NCBI RefSeq assembly: GCF_009914755.1
Contig: NC_060947.1
DNA from: the human T2T-CHM13v2.0 reference genome, Homo sapiens
Reading direction: 5' to 3' (one strand)
DNA: 64,000 nt
In this document: positions 41,591-59,778 of the stretch, one piece after another
Layout: each line of letters begins with the position of its first letter
Position numbering within the stretch: position 1 is the stretch's first letter
Made by a program: the position numbers and the translations under genes
The notes under the pieces: model-generated
The model's input: the letters and a program-made list of their open reading frames with translations, nothing else
Databases searched by the model: none
What the model was told of the DNA's origin: nothing

Positions 41591-42599
41591 ATGAGTATAA
41601 TTCCTCTCATATCTGTTTTCTCCTCAAAAACTTCTAGACAATTTTGTACAAATGGATTTATTATAATGATAACACACTGTGTCCTGCTGCTTTTAAAATT
41701 TTCTTCAAAATATCTCATGTATTACCTCATTTGATATATTTGCTAACTTCTCCATAGAAGGCCATTGGCCACTGTTGAGCCTCATCTCTGAAATGTGGAG
41801 AAACAATGCTGGCAGCATAAATTAGACCAGTGTTATCAAGTCTGAAGGCAGCATGTTGGGGTGATGTGTTAATTGATTCAGAAGAAATTAATGTTAGCTC
41901 TTAATGTTGGAAAGCATTTCCACCCTGTAATAACGCATCAAGACCTTTGTTTTCATGGAATCTTTTCAAATGTTTTGTGATATTTCAAACCAAATCATTT
42001 TAGTTACACAATGAGTTACCACCTTTTTAAAATTTTATTCTTCTCCCCAGCTCCCCAAAGATAAATTCAGATCAGGAAGTAAATACATTTTCTAGTTAGA
42101 AAGCACAATGCAATTTGAAATGTCTAAAGGAACAGATTCCAAGACTAAGAAATTAATGCCCACACCCAAAGGCACAAAGTAATTATTTTCCAAAGAGTGT
42201 GTCTGCTAATCCATATCAGCCAGATGCACAGAGCTTTAATAAGACATGCAACCTAGGAGGAATATTAAACAATGCTTCTTGGATCCTATTAAATCCTGCT
42301 CTTGTTGTATGCTGCAAAATGCAAAGTTCTAGAAAAACATATTTTTATAAAGCAAAGCCAGTTGTACATGAATGGATTCTAATTCAAGCATGTATTGCTT
42401 CACCTACCTGCTAAGGTCTTGCCTGTCCATATTCAGTTTGGTGGCAAAGTTGGGAATCAGGAAGTGAGAAGCTTCATCAACTTGAGAGGAATCGATAGTC
42501 AAATAACATACATGAGCAGGGATAACTGCATCCTCTTGTCATTCTTTCTATGGCTGGGTTCCAAATGTCATGTGTGGCTCGTATATCTAGGTTCACAAC

Positions 42600-43040
42600 T
42601 GCTATGGTAGGGTCCAGCCTCTTCGCTAACTGTTTTCTTATGGCAAATAGGCGCAAACAGATTATCTCTATGGTGGTGCACCCTATCCAGCCACTGCTAT
42701 GGGCTTGGCTTCTAATTATTCTCCCCTGCTTTCTTCTCCAGGGGATTTCTGGAAGCTCAAATATGTTTAGAAGATTATGTCTTCCCTTTGGGAGAGGGAC
42801 ATGTTCAAGGACTACCTGATGTAATTTAATAAGAAGTTAGACCCCTTGCCACAAGCAAAACGAACTCCTTGTCACTATTCACATTCTTGAGCTCCCTGTG
42901 GGATCAGGCTGAGACTCCTTGGTATCTTCTTTTCCCTTGTTTTGCCTGATAACCCCATCTGAGTTTCTCCTGAGAGCACCTCCTCAGTGTATCACCTGTA
43001 TAACAAGCTCTGTGTTACATTCTGTTTCCAGAAGACCTAG
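42600..43040 (+). mobile_element. LTR16-like ERVL LTR, degraded
   Basis: ccctgtgggatcaggctga and tttctcctgagagcac...ctctgt...ctgtttc. Confidence 0.45.
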
Positions 43041-44556
43041 TATTTTGGTACTCAGATGATTTTCTCCTGCTCCTCAAAGCAGTTCTCAGAGTTACCTTGG
43101 AGAGTGTGCCTTTCCCTGCAGTCTCCCTCCAGCTTTGTGATACCAGCGGAGGAAACCACAAAGCCCGGGAGAGATGCTTGGTTTTGCTCCTGCTGTTACA
43201 TGTTGTATGGCACCATCACCTTCTTGGAACGCATGACAGCAAGGCGTTTTCCACTGAGTAGGCTCTGTGGCAGGAAAGCCAATGGTGAAGCTGGAATGAT
43301 TCGTGCCTACCCTTGCTCTTTCTTCTCTTTCTCTACATCCTCCAAGCAAAAAGGGAAGGACACTTTCCCCAGGCTCTGTCTCCCAGTCTGGTGTACTGGT
43401 TTCAAAATATTCTTGCTATTGTTAAAAACCGCTGTTTCCACCATCTTCTGTGCTTGGGAGATAGTCAACAGGCCTGTTGGGACCAATGGCTGTTGGGACA
43501 CATCCCATATCCTCTCTTCTATCTGGACAATGGGAATGCTTGGGTGTATATATCTCAAGAGCTTTTTGCTTCCTGATGCAGAGTAATTCCAACTGGATCT
43601 CTACTTTAGCTAGAGATTTCTAAAGATAGTCTTTCTAGCTAACTTAATTATAATAGAGCTTCCTACAGAAACCAGGGAGCATTAAGTACCATCTCCAGGA
43701 GAACACAAGAGTGAAGAACAATATGGTACAAGTGTTCTTTGGCAAGTGGCTGCCATTGTTGTTCTCAGTTGTAGACGTGGGGTTGAAATTATATGGTTTA
43801 GGCATGGCCCCAACCATTCTTTAACTAACATGAGAATGTTAGTCAAAGTGAACCATGGTTCTGCACTTGAAGGACAAATAGAAGACATATGCACACACAA
43901 ACCCATGTGCACACTCTTCTTCAAGAAGTTGTTTTATTGGGCATTCATAAATAGAGATAAGAAAAAAATAGTGTACTATATAAACTCTTTGATAAAGGAA
44001 TATATATCTTAGGAATGTGCAATAGAACAAAAAGGGGAAACATTAGGGAAGACAGAATGTCTGCTCAAAAGTCATAAGCAATGCATGATATCATGTTATA
44101 AGTGTTGCTAAACTGGGGTTACATGTCTGTCTCACTCGTATGTCTCCACAAAAGTTCGAAGATAAAAACCAACCCTTGACACAAAATAAGCATGAATATT
44201 CCTGATATTGAGTGGAAAAAAAACATATTATCAGTGGAAAGCCCTGGGAATTCGAAGAAGAATAATTTAAACAGCAAGCTACCATGAACAAACTGGCTTC
44301 TTGAAGGCTGTTTCTCATAAGGTGCCACAAATAATCTGCTGTCACAATTACAAAACATGATTAATGAGTGAGATGGTTCAGAAGCCAAACTCATATGCAA
44401 TGTACTCCTCTACAGATAAGTCTAAATTATGTTTTAGAATAGTCGGACTCCAGCAAGCATCTAAATATGCAAATCCACACACACAACAGAAAATACAGAT
44501 TTGTGCTTCTGGGGAAATATAGATGAACATCCCTGATTAAGACTCAATTATTTTGA

Positions 44557-44953
<397 letters not shown>

Positions 44954-45291
44954 TAACAATGTGCATGAGGTCTCAGTCCTTGGCAAAACTTAAAACACAA
45001 GTGGTTTATGTTGTAACCATTCTCATGGTTTAAAACACCAGTCTTAGGGTCTAAGACATACGTGGTTTATTTTGTAACTCCCCTCTTTCTAGGAGAAATT
45101 AAGATTTTCTTCCATTGATGAATGTTGATCATTTATTATAAGATAAATGAGGTTTATAATATTTACCTAAATGATGATTCTGTTTAATGCATAGGACTAT
45201 ATCTATAAGCTAGGTAAATGATGCAGTGGCTTTGTATTTCTATTTCTCACATTAGCAGTAGGGTGTCTCTATTAAAAGATTTTTTTAGCTT

Positions 45292-45435
45292 GGCTGGGCA
45301 CCATGGCTCACGCCTGTAACCCCAACACTTTGGGAGGCCAGGGCAGGAGGACTGCTTGAGCCTAGGAGTTTGAGACCTGCCTGGGCAACATAACGAGACT
45401 CCCTTCTCTACAAAAACAAAGAAACAAACAAAAAA
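45292..45435 (+). mobile_element. FLAM_C / Alu left monomer
   Basis: Single left arm plus A-rich tail; TSD-like atttttt(t)agctt / atttttaagcct. Confidence 0.87.
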
Positions 45436-47319
45436 CCATTTTTAAGCCTGACACAAGACTCAAGGATCATCAACAAAAAGGTTTCATATGTTTGACAACA
45501 TAGAAACATGTTTCTGGGATTCAGTATAGCATATGATGAAAGATGCCAGAAATATAACAAATAAATAATATGAATAATTGAAAGCTACTATAAATATAAT
45601 ATGTACATAAAACATATTAAAATAGTTTCGGTGTGGCAGGTAGTTTTAATTAACTTAGAAAATAAATTTAGTCATTTTAAGACCAAACGATAAATGCATT
45701 CCCTTTTCCCCACTTAGTTACCAAAATTTTATATTTTAACCATTTCATTTTACCAACATGATAAGCTAAAAAATGTTCTCATGTCTACATTTACTTCCTT
45801 TTTGTTTGATTGCTAGTATAATTAATCATTTATCATATGTTCTTTGGCCATTTCTATTTTCATATAGATACTTTATTTCGTATTTTAAAATTATTTTATT
45901 GGCCTGATTATCTTAAATAGTATTAATATATCTTTAATATGATTAAGATAAAATATTATAATAAAATTTTTATTTTTAAGATTTTTTCAAATACTGAAAC
46001 TGATCCATTGCTCATTGTATGTGTCCAATAATCAAGGAAATAAGAAAACTATTTCATATTTTTGTTTATTTATAATTTCTAGACTTCCATGTGGTCAATC
46101 AATATAGTCCCTGATATCGTGGGTTCTGATATCTGATATCATGGTACCATGAATTTTCCGGGTATTGTGTAAAGCTTTGGAAGGACATTTCACTTCCAAC
46201 TCTTTGAAAACATCATCTATTTTCTTCTAATAATTTGTTATTGTTTTACATTTTGTAAGGCATTTTAGATCTTATTTGTGAGGGGAGAGAATCTCTCTTC
46301 ATCACGCCAACTCCTTAGATCACCAAATATCCAAACCCCATTAATGGAATTTTCTCACTGACTTCAGATAATCTTCTCATGTGTGATCAATGCCTCATAT
46401 TTGTGGATCTGCCTGTAGCTTTTGAATATTGTTCTGTAAAGCTATGTTTTGCTCTCTGTGTTTCATGTATCCATCGTCTCTATGGCAGTAGCAAAGGGGT
46501 ACATATTTGTATCTGGGAGAACAGGATTTCATTCATATACTTCTTTCTCATATATTTTTTCTTAGTTATTCTTGCAGATTTGTTAATCTCAAAAATATTA
46601 GACTCAATTTGGTAGCTTATGCCAAAATTCTCATCCATCTGATGGCCTATATTTAATTTATAGATTTAAGATGGACATGTATCTTAAGCTTAACATTTCA
46701 AAGATATAAGACAAAAAAAGAGTAGCAGTTAGAAATAATAAATAGCTCAAAGTATTTTGTAATAGTGCACCATTTACACCTGTCATTTAAGATTCTCTGG
46801 ACTGTGCTGTTTTCCTGAATTTTGTATAAGCCGTAGAAACTATAGAATATTCTAATAATACATAGCTTCCTGAGGGAAGCAGCATTTTGTGTGGGCCAGT
46901 TTCTATCAAACCTAAACCTCTAAGATTTAGTAACCGATCTTGCAAGGAAAGAACATTATGCATTAATTGACTTCTGAAGCCTTGTCATCTTGGTTGCCTC
47001 AGTTGAGAACAGCTGGTGTAGCAGGTGGCTTACTAGGATGAGTACGAACTGAAGAAAATACTAACTCAAATTTTCCTAAAGAGAAAAAATTATAGGAGAT
47101 GCAACAGATCCTAGCCACCACCCTGCATGGAGATGATTTACAGTTATGAAAAAGACTTACTGTAATTTAATTCCTCAATTCTATAAAGCTGACTTTGTTT
47201 TGCTCTTAGTATCAGTATCAGATTCAAAATGAATCAGTATCACTTTCTCTTCAACATACCTACATTAAAGAAAACTAAACTAATGGATATGTCTATGTGG
47301 AAACATGGGAATGATTTTA

Positions 47320-47860
<541 letters not shown>

Positions 47861-50219
47861 TGAAACAAATAAGCAATGGGTAAACAATTAAATAAAATGA
47901 ACTCACTGAGGCAATAGTTTGGTGTTTATCATTCTGCAGAACACTGTTTTGATTAGGTAAGATTTGAGAGGTAATCATCTCTGGTTCTCACAGAAAACAT
48001 ATCTCTCTAAAGTCAACACACATGCATGCACATTTGAGAGACAAAAAGCTCACAATTATATGGGCAGTCTTCCAAAATGAATATTTTACATTCAGGTATT
48101 TATAATATTGTCAATTGTTAAGACTCATTTTGATAAAGTGATTGTTAATGAGGACTTAATGTTTGCTCTATTTGCCAAAGCCTACATTGCTAGATATAAA
48201 ATTAAAGAATGTCATAAAGCAAGAAACTCAATTTACGGATAATTTTACAACATACTGTGGAAATATTTAAACCAAATATATTTTCCAGTAAACTCTAAAG
48301 ACCCCATGATAATGGAGGAGCATGTATTTTTGTATTAAAATTGCAGAGGTTGGAATGATTCAAAAGACTGCATAGCCACTGTGTCTTCTAGAATATCCTA
48401 TAATCTCCAAGGAAATTCCCCATCATGCAATAATACTACCAAGTTACTCATATAATTTTCATCTACATATTTACCTCCTGAACCAATTAGTCAAAAGTGC
48501 ACCTTTTCACTCTTCCCAATTGCAAAGATGATCAACCTGAGTGTCCACCAAGTGATGACTGGATAAAGAAAATGTCATTGTCAACGTAACTATGATGTGA
48601 CAGCCTTCCTTTTCCACAGCATCCTTGCAAATCTATCTGTTTCCCTCACCATTAACCTCATTCCCACTTTGGCTTCTGAACATTGTTTCTGGATGCTGGA
48701 GTTTTCCAGCCCTTCTAGCTTGTTTCTTTGGAATCAAATCTCTGTCTTATTTTCCCCCTTTCTGTGTCAGTGAAGAGGAATGTTTTGTGAAGATGAATTT
48801 TTAAAGATAATAGACATAAGTTTCTGAGGATAATAAAATACACTTATAAACATTATAAAGAAAGATGAATTTGTTGTGAAACAATATACTGAGTGTGGAA
48901 ATAGAAAGCTCCTATAATACCTATATCGATGCGTTGAAAACCAAGAAATATGAAACCAATTCATTCATTTGGAAAAAGTCATTAATATCTCATTGAAAAT
49001 GTTCAGAGTTTGTTTACTTCATTTGCATGCCTACATGTATTTCACAAGCAAAGATGTTCTTTAAACCAAGATTGTATCTTTAGCTTTTGTATTTGTTTTC
49101 TTTGGTTTGGTTTTTTTGGGGTGTGTGTGTGAAATCTCAGACCAAAAACTCTATAAATGAGGCATAAGGGCCTCATTTTATACAATTTTATTTGAAGTTC
49201 TTATAATCTCTACAGTAAAATTAATATTTTACTACATATAAACTTTATATTCTAGTAACTATCAATCACATTGACAACGTCCAATGTAAATGCAAGAATT
49301 TATTTATGTAATCTTTTCCTGTAATTTTTCTTCTATTTATACAGTTTCCTGTGGCTTTGATTTGGATCCAATCCAGAGAATTATTTTTCAAGGCTCTTAT
49401 TCTATCTTAATCTTTTCATTGTTCTTGTTGTTGTTATTTTTGCAACTGTAGCTTTGTTCTTAAGCTAGAACATACTCCTGTAAATTGCTTTAGAATGAAG
49501 ACAATTAGTAACACTCTGTCTGGGACATTAAGGCTTTGTGAATTTTTATCTAGACATAATTGTCATAATGCTGAACTCTAATACAACTGGCAATATGTGT
49601 TAAAAATTGTTCATCAATGAGAAATACAATGTGATTTCTTATGGATTAGGTTAAAACAATATTTTAAATAAATCTATTTTACACTCCCTATCGGGTCAAG
49701 AAGAATGGTTATTCTACATACCTGGCCCCTCTCATGACTTTCTTGCTTCTATTATTCTGCAAAAGAGTCTTGATGCCAGTTACCAAGTGTAAATATTTCT
49801 GTTTCCTGTCATTAGCATCCAATTCTAACCTTCCTCTCTCTCTTCTTCCTCTACCTTTTGTGTCAAGGTCACTGAAAGGTATTAGGAGTATACTGAACCC
49901 TGTGAAGGTACACAAAAACATTAAACACTTTTAGGACAAATGTCATATATGTATGTTGCATACAAACTAGAAAGTAAAGATAAGCAAAACAGTAAATGCT
50001 ACAAAAAGAATCTCTAATCTCATGAGTCAGGGCAGTCACTCAGCAAACTGTTGACTCTTCTTACATTCTTTATGCCTTTAAATATGTACACAGACTTTTA
50101 TTTGTGAAAATGGGATTTAAAATGCCACTTTGAATACCTTTTTCTTCCCCCTCAGTCTTTTGGGCTGGACCTATTTTCGTTTTCATATATGCACTTGCAT
50201 GATCATTTTCGAAAAAAAA

Positions 50220-50511
50220 ATTTTAAGAGACATGGTCTTGCTCTGTCACTGAGGCTGGAGTGCAGTGGTGCAATCATAGCTCACTGTAACCTCGACCTCC
50301 TAGGCTCAAGAGATCCTCCCTTGAGGGACGATCTGGAGTAGTTTGGACTATAGACATGCACCATCGTGCCCAGCTATTCCTTTTTAAAATTTTTCTAGAG
50401 GTAAGGCTCTCTATGTTGCCCAGGCTGGTCTCGAACTCTTGCCTCCAATGATCCTCCTGCCTCAGCCTCCCAAAATGCTGGGATCACAGGTGTGAGCCAC
50501 CATACCTGGCC
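50220..50511 (-). mobile_element. AluJ
   Basis: gcaatcatagctcactg...ggctcaag; ctatgttgcccaggctggtctcgaactc. Confidence 0.92.
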
Positions 50512-50864
50512 GACATCATCAATTTTAATGGCCAAAGAATGTACTTGCTTATTGGTGCCCTTATGTCTGGATATCCAGGACGCTTCCATTACATCCTGAT
50601 GACCATACTCAACAATGAGATATCAAGATGGTAAAACTGAGCACACCAACCAGCCACTCTTTGTTAGTTCACACAGCTTGAAATCAAAGGAAATCACTGC
50701 CTTGGGATGCTCAGAGGAGCCAATGATTTAAGAAATTCCCAGTAGAGAAAGCAGAAGGAATCTCATTAAAGAAGTCAGAGGCATGACCTTAATGCTGCTG
50801 CAAAATGTCAGAACAATTCCAGGTCTTTCTGAATAACTACATTTCTAGAAGATTTAATCTCTGA

Positions 50865-50924
50865 ATATCTATCTATCACCTATGCATCCATCACAGGTAT
50901 CTCTCTATCTATTCATCCAGCATA

Positions 50925-50971
<47 letters not shown>

Positions 50972-51205
50972 ATCTATCTATCTATCAACCATCTATCCAT
51001 CCACCATATCTAGCTCTCTCTAATATATATAAGATATATATATATAAGATATACATGTATAAGATATATATATCTTCTATCTACCCATCATATTTATCTC
51101 TGTGTGTGTATTCACAGATTTGTGTATATAAAAATATATATATTCACATAGATGTATATATATACATGTGTGGATATATCTATGTATATTTCTATGTGTA
51201 TATTT
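50865..51205. repeat. (TATC)n STR (50925-50986) in TA-rich low complexity
   Basis: About 11 TATC units, an extra TA, then 4 more units. Confidence 0.95.
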
Positions 51206-52262
51206 TATTTATTGTTACCCCAACCCTAAAAGGAATAGTGATTGACAACAGGGGAGAGTAGCTCCTCAATAGTCAGGTGGCTAGTAATTAATATTTATTA
51301 CCAGTTTATAATGTTCAGGTATTTTTCATATATTTAGCAATTTAATATTTTTGAAAAGTCAATGAGATACCATTATATCCCCATTTCACAGTTTAAAGTC
51401 AATGAATTGGAGGTTGGGAGAAAAATCCACATTGTGGCAGGTTGGGGCCGTGGGAGTTGTTGAGGCAGCTCTTGGGCAGTGTGATGTCCAGGTCGCTGCT
51501 CTTAGCCACAATCTGCCAAAGAAAGAAGCTCTGGGAAATTGGAGATAGCATGGAAGCTTCCACACAACTCAACTTGCAGCTGCACATATTCTCATTTAAT
51601 GCACTGATGACTGATTTCTAATAATGATCCACAATGGAAACACATTATGCAGCCCAATTCTTTATGATATATCAATATTGAATATGAGTAGCATCATCTG
51701 ATGAAGCAGCTTCCATTTAAATGACATGCACTTTGCATTCCACTGTAACTGTAAGAAGTCATAGTTTGGGATGGTAACATTTATTTTACTCTCTAGGAAT
51801 TTTTTTAAAATTTTTTTTCTGCAAACTTGACCTAAATTTAAGTCCAAATCAGGAGATTTGAAGAAATTGGGTTGACATGCTTTCGATATGCTTTCTATAA
51901 ATCTTGTAGTAATTGAATGATACAGAAGGGATAATCACTTCACTAATTGCACAGGTGATGATATCCAAACACATCTGAAATTAATTCGGATGGAAAGATC
52001 TCTAAGAGGAGGAAGTGGCCTCCTTTCTCCAGATCCAGTTCAGAAAGCAGTCTAAATCGAGCTCTGAGTGAGCATCTGCAATGAAGCCTCCACTGCAGCC
52101 TCGGCCACCCCCTCCCCTTCTCTCTCTGGACTCATGCCCACCCTGGACTGCCAGGTCCCCTGCATGAGCTAGGACACCTGCAACACAGAAAGAAAGCTCA
52201 TCTTCATCAAAACAGGCTTTGAAGCTCTTCTGCGGATAAACACTCTTCATTTATTAGCGATT

Positions 52263-52334
52263 TAATCCTTTAACAAAAGCTCACTTTGTTAAGTGGCTCA
52301 GCTTTCAAAAACAGCCCATGCAGATATTTGCATG
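52263..52334. promoter_or_regulatory. Candidate enhancer motif cluster (TAATCC, inverted SOX pair, inverted octamer pair)
   Basis: taatcc; aacaaaa-gctca-ctttgtt; atgcagat|atttgcat, all in sequence with no repeat I recognise. Motifs only, no functional evidence. Confidence 0.35.
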
Positions 52335-53673
52335 AGTCCATTAAAGATGATGAGACAACATGAAATGGCTAAAAATATTGTCCCAGGATCCTGGGTAAGC
52401 CTAGGCGACCTATCTCTATCAGGGCTAGGGAAAAGATTACAGAGCTCTTTGTGTTGAATTAGGTTTCCCGAAATAGAATTCTTCCTTTTTGGATCCATCC
52501 GAACTTGGTCTGTGGTATTGTATTAGTCATTCTTTATTAACTCAACAGCAGTTGTGGTTTCCTTTCCTTTTCAGTTGAGCATAGTCTTCTAGTGAGAATG
52601 TATAACTGGAGTAGTCAGTAACATTCTCAAATATAAATTAAATTAGGTCATTAAAATATTGTCTTCCTGGATATGGTGGCTCGGTGTATTCTGTTTTAGA
52701 AAGGCCATTAATTTAAAGCACAGCATGGACAGGGTGTGAAAATCTTATTGGCACCACATTTACAGTGCCTCTGGGTCTTTTAAACTTAAGTGATGAAACT
52801 AATAGCATCGATATTTTAGTATACTATACTTATTATGTCAAATGGGAAGCATGTTGCTAATGGAATATCTGGAGACAGAGAGAGAGAAAGAGAGAGAGAG
52901 TTATGAAATGCCAAAGCGATTTTCAAGTTAAAAGATAATTCAACTTTTATGACCTAGGTCTTCCTTTGCTTTGAGAAATCCCAAGAGACAAAGAATAAAA
53001 TATAAGCTAAAATGCAATGAGATAGGAAGCAAAAGAGGAAAACAAAAACGAGCAGACTTCATAAAACCACTCGGGGAAGCAGAGAGGTGAAAGGTGAAAA
53101 TACCAATGTCAGTAAGTCTGACAGAGAAACAATAAGTGAATTGAGAGCAATTGCATTCAAATCACCAAAAGGTGCATATTTTAAAAACTTTAGTACAAAT
53201 TGATGTAGAAAAAGTGGGACTTAATGGAGAACTACCACATTTTAAATTAAAAATCAGGAAATGACTGCATCAGTTGTTGGCCAAAACTGTCTAAAAGGGA
53301 CCTATTACACCATCCTTCTTAAAACAGCCAAAAATAAAGAAAATGACAGCTTTTAAGAAAATGGACAACAAGAAATTAAGAGTAGTGATCCTGGTGAGAC
53401 GAAAACAAGTGGAGATATACTATTGCCCCAGCTTATTGGCTTGGAAGTGTTTCCCAGGCCTGACTTAAAAAGGGAGAAGTCAGGCTGAGCTCAAAAGATT
53501 TTGATTCTTGGGAAAACAAGGCTGCAAGGGCTCTCAGGACAGAGTACCAGGAGAGAGGTAGCTTCACCCAGAGGAGAATGGAGATCTGCAGAGGGAACTG
53601 CTGAAGTTTTCCTCCAAGTGTCTATCACTGCATATGTATGAAGAAAATACACAAGGATGGGGAAATAACCACC

Positions 53674-54035
53674 CGTATTAGTTCATTCTCACACTGCTAA
53701 TAAAGAGTTGCCTGAGACTGGGTAATTTATAAAGGAAAGAGGTTTCATGAACTCACAGTTCCACATGGCTGGGGAGGCCTCACAGTCATGGAGGAAAGCA
53801 AAGGAGAGCAAAGGCATGTCTTACATGGCAGCAGGCAAAAAGAGTGTATGCAGGAGAGCTCCCCTTTATAAAACCATCAGATCTCATGAGACTTATTCAT
53901 ATCACAAGAACAGCACAGGAAAGACCCACCCCCGTGATCAATTACCTCCCACCTGGTCCCTCCCACAACATGTGGGAATTGTGGGAGCTACAATTCAAGA
54001 CGAGATTTGGGTGGTAACGCAGCCAAACCATATCA
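53674..54035 (-). mobile_element. THE1 (B/C) solo LTR
   Basis: gtattagttc...gccaaaccatatca; TSD ccacc/ccagc. Confidence 0.93.
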
Positions 54036-54299
54036 CCAGCTGACAAGTTTAGCACCAATCTATAGAAAATGGCAACAGGTCAGCAATAAAGCACCTTAGA
54101 AGATGAAAATGAACATTTCTCAAAGATAACTCAGGGCCAAAACCACTTCTGTTCCAACCAGCTTGACTAGAGAATCTCATGAAACACGGGGCATTAGGGT
54201 AAAGTGCACAGAATGATGTTGCCTTGGGAAGGAATAATTAATTAGCCCTTTTCTGAGAATGGTTCCAGTCCAATCTAGTAAGTCTTAAAAGTGAGATAG

Positions 54300-54605
<306 letters not shown>

Positions 54606-54799
54606 TAAGATCTTAAAACTGAGACTCAAACTGTACTCAAGTAATTTAAATGTGTCTCAGAACAAATGCCGAGGACGGTTACGGGAATACTAACGTATCA
54701 AGAACCCAAAAAGGTAAAATTCACGATGAATTAATAATTCATTAAAATGAATGAATAGTAGATTAGTAAATTATTAATAATGAATTAATACTATCCAAT

Positions 54800-57740
<2,941 letters not shown>

Positions 57741-59764
57741 TAGAATTGGAAGTTCTGGCCAGGGCAAACAGGCAAGAGAAAGAAATAAAGGGTATTCCAA
57801 CAGGAAAAGAGGAAGTCAAATTGTCTGTCTTTGCAGATGACATGACTGTATATTTAGAAAACCCCACCGTCTCAGTCCAAAATCTCCTTAAGCTGATAAG
57901 CAACTTCAGCAAAGTCTCAGGATACAAAATCAATGTGCAAAAATCACAAGCATTCCTATACACCAATAACAGACAGAGAGCAAAATCATGAGTGAACTCC
58001 CATTCATAATTGCTACAAAGAGAATAAAATACCTAGGAATAAAATACCTAGGAATATAACCTAGGAATATAACAAGGAATTTGAAGGACCTCTTCAAGTA
58101 GAACCACAAACCACTGCTTGAGGAAATAAGAGAGGACACAAATGGAAAAACATTCCATGCTCATGGATAGGAAGAATCAATATTGTGAAAAGTAATTTAT
58201 AGATTCAATGCTATCCCCATCAAGCTACCATTGACTTTCTTCATAGAATTGGAAAAAACTACTTTAAAGTTCATATGGAGCCAAAAAAGAGCCTGCATAG
58301 CCAAGACAATCCTAAGCAAAAAGAACATAGCTGGAGGCATCATGCTACCTGACTTCAAACTATACTACAAGGCTACAGTAAGCAAAGCAGCATGGTACTG
58401 GTACCAAAGCAGATATATAGACCAACAGAACAGAACAGAGGCCTCAAAAATAACACCACATATCTACAACTGTCTGATCCTTGACAAACCTGACAAAAAC
58501 AAGCAATGGGGGAAGGATTCCCTATTTAATAAATGGTGTTGGGAAAACTGGCTAGGCATATGCAGAAAACTGAAACTGGACCCCTTCCTTACTCCTTATA
58601 CAAAAATTAACTCAAGATAGATTAAAGACTTAAATGTAAGACCTAAAGCCATAAAAACCCTAGAAGAAAACCTAGGCAATACCATTCAGGACATAGGCAT
58701 GGGCAAAGACTTCATGACTAAAACACCAAAAGCAATGGCAACAAAAGCCAAAATTGACAAATGGGATCTAATTAAACTAAAGAGCTTCTGCACAGCAAAA
58801 GAAACTATCATCAGGTGAACAGGCAACCTACAGAATGGGAGAAAATTTTTGCAATCTATCCATCTGACAAAGGGCTAATATCCTGAATCTACAAAGAACT
58901 TAAACAAATTTACAAGAAAAACAAACAACCCCATTCAAAAGTGGGTGAAGGATATGAACAGACACTTCTCAAAAGAAGACATTTATGCAGTCAACAAACA
59001 TATGAAAAAAAGCTCATCATCACTGGTCATTAGAGAGATGCAAATCAAAAACACAGTGAGATACCATCTCAATCCATTTAGAATGGCAATCATTAAAAAG
59101 TGAGGAAACAACAGATACGGGAGAGGATGTGGAGAAATAGAAACACTTTTACACTGTTGGTGGGAGTGTAAATTAGTTCAACCATTATGGAAGACAGTGT
59201 GGCGATTCCTCAGGGATCTAGAACCAGAAATACCATTTGACCCAGCAATCCCATTACTGGGTATATCAAAAGATTATAAATCATTCAGCTATAAAGACAC
59301 ATGCACGCGTATTTTTATTGTGGCACTATTCTCAATAGAAAAGACTTGGAACGAAGCCAAATGTCCAACAATGATAGACTGGATTAAGAAAATGTGGCAC
59401 ATATACACCATGGAATACTATGCAGCCATAAAAAGGATGACTTCATGTCATTTGCAGGGACATGGATGAAGCTGGAAACCATCATTCTCAGCAGACTAAC
59501 ACAGGAACAGGAAACCAAACAGCGCACGTTTTCACTTGTAAGTGGGAGTTGAACAATGAGAACTCATGGATACAGGGAGGGGAACATCACACACCAGGGC
59601 CTGTCAGAGGGTGTGGGGCTAGGGGAGGGATAGCATTAGGAGAAATACCTAATGTAGATGATGGGTTGATGGTTGCAGTAAACCACCATGGCATGTGTAT
59701 ATCTATGTAACAAAACTGCACGTTCTGCATATGTACCCCAGAACTTAAAGTATAATAATAAAAA
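57741..59764 (+). mobile_element. L1PA7-like element, sense 3' segment (ORF2 RT/C-terminus, 3'UTR, A tail; disrupted)
   Basis: Peptides LEVLARA...FADDM and [14 protein letters not shown]; 3'UTR cagaacttaaagtataat; 14-bp TSD aaagtgaagcatac at 56091-56104 and 59765-59778. Confidence 0.96.
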
Positions 59765-59778
59765 AAAGTGAAGCATAC

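Noticed and set aside
43056-43586. Cluster of overlapping ORFs (176, 85, 83, 87 aa) in non-repeat, GC-richer DNA
   Set aside because: No recognisable protein similarity, gene structure or retrocopy hallmarks. BLASTX and PhyloCSF would be needed to revive it.
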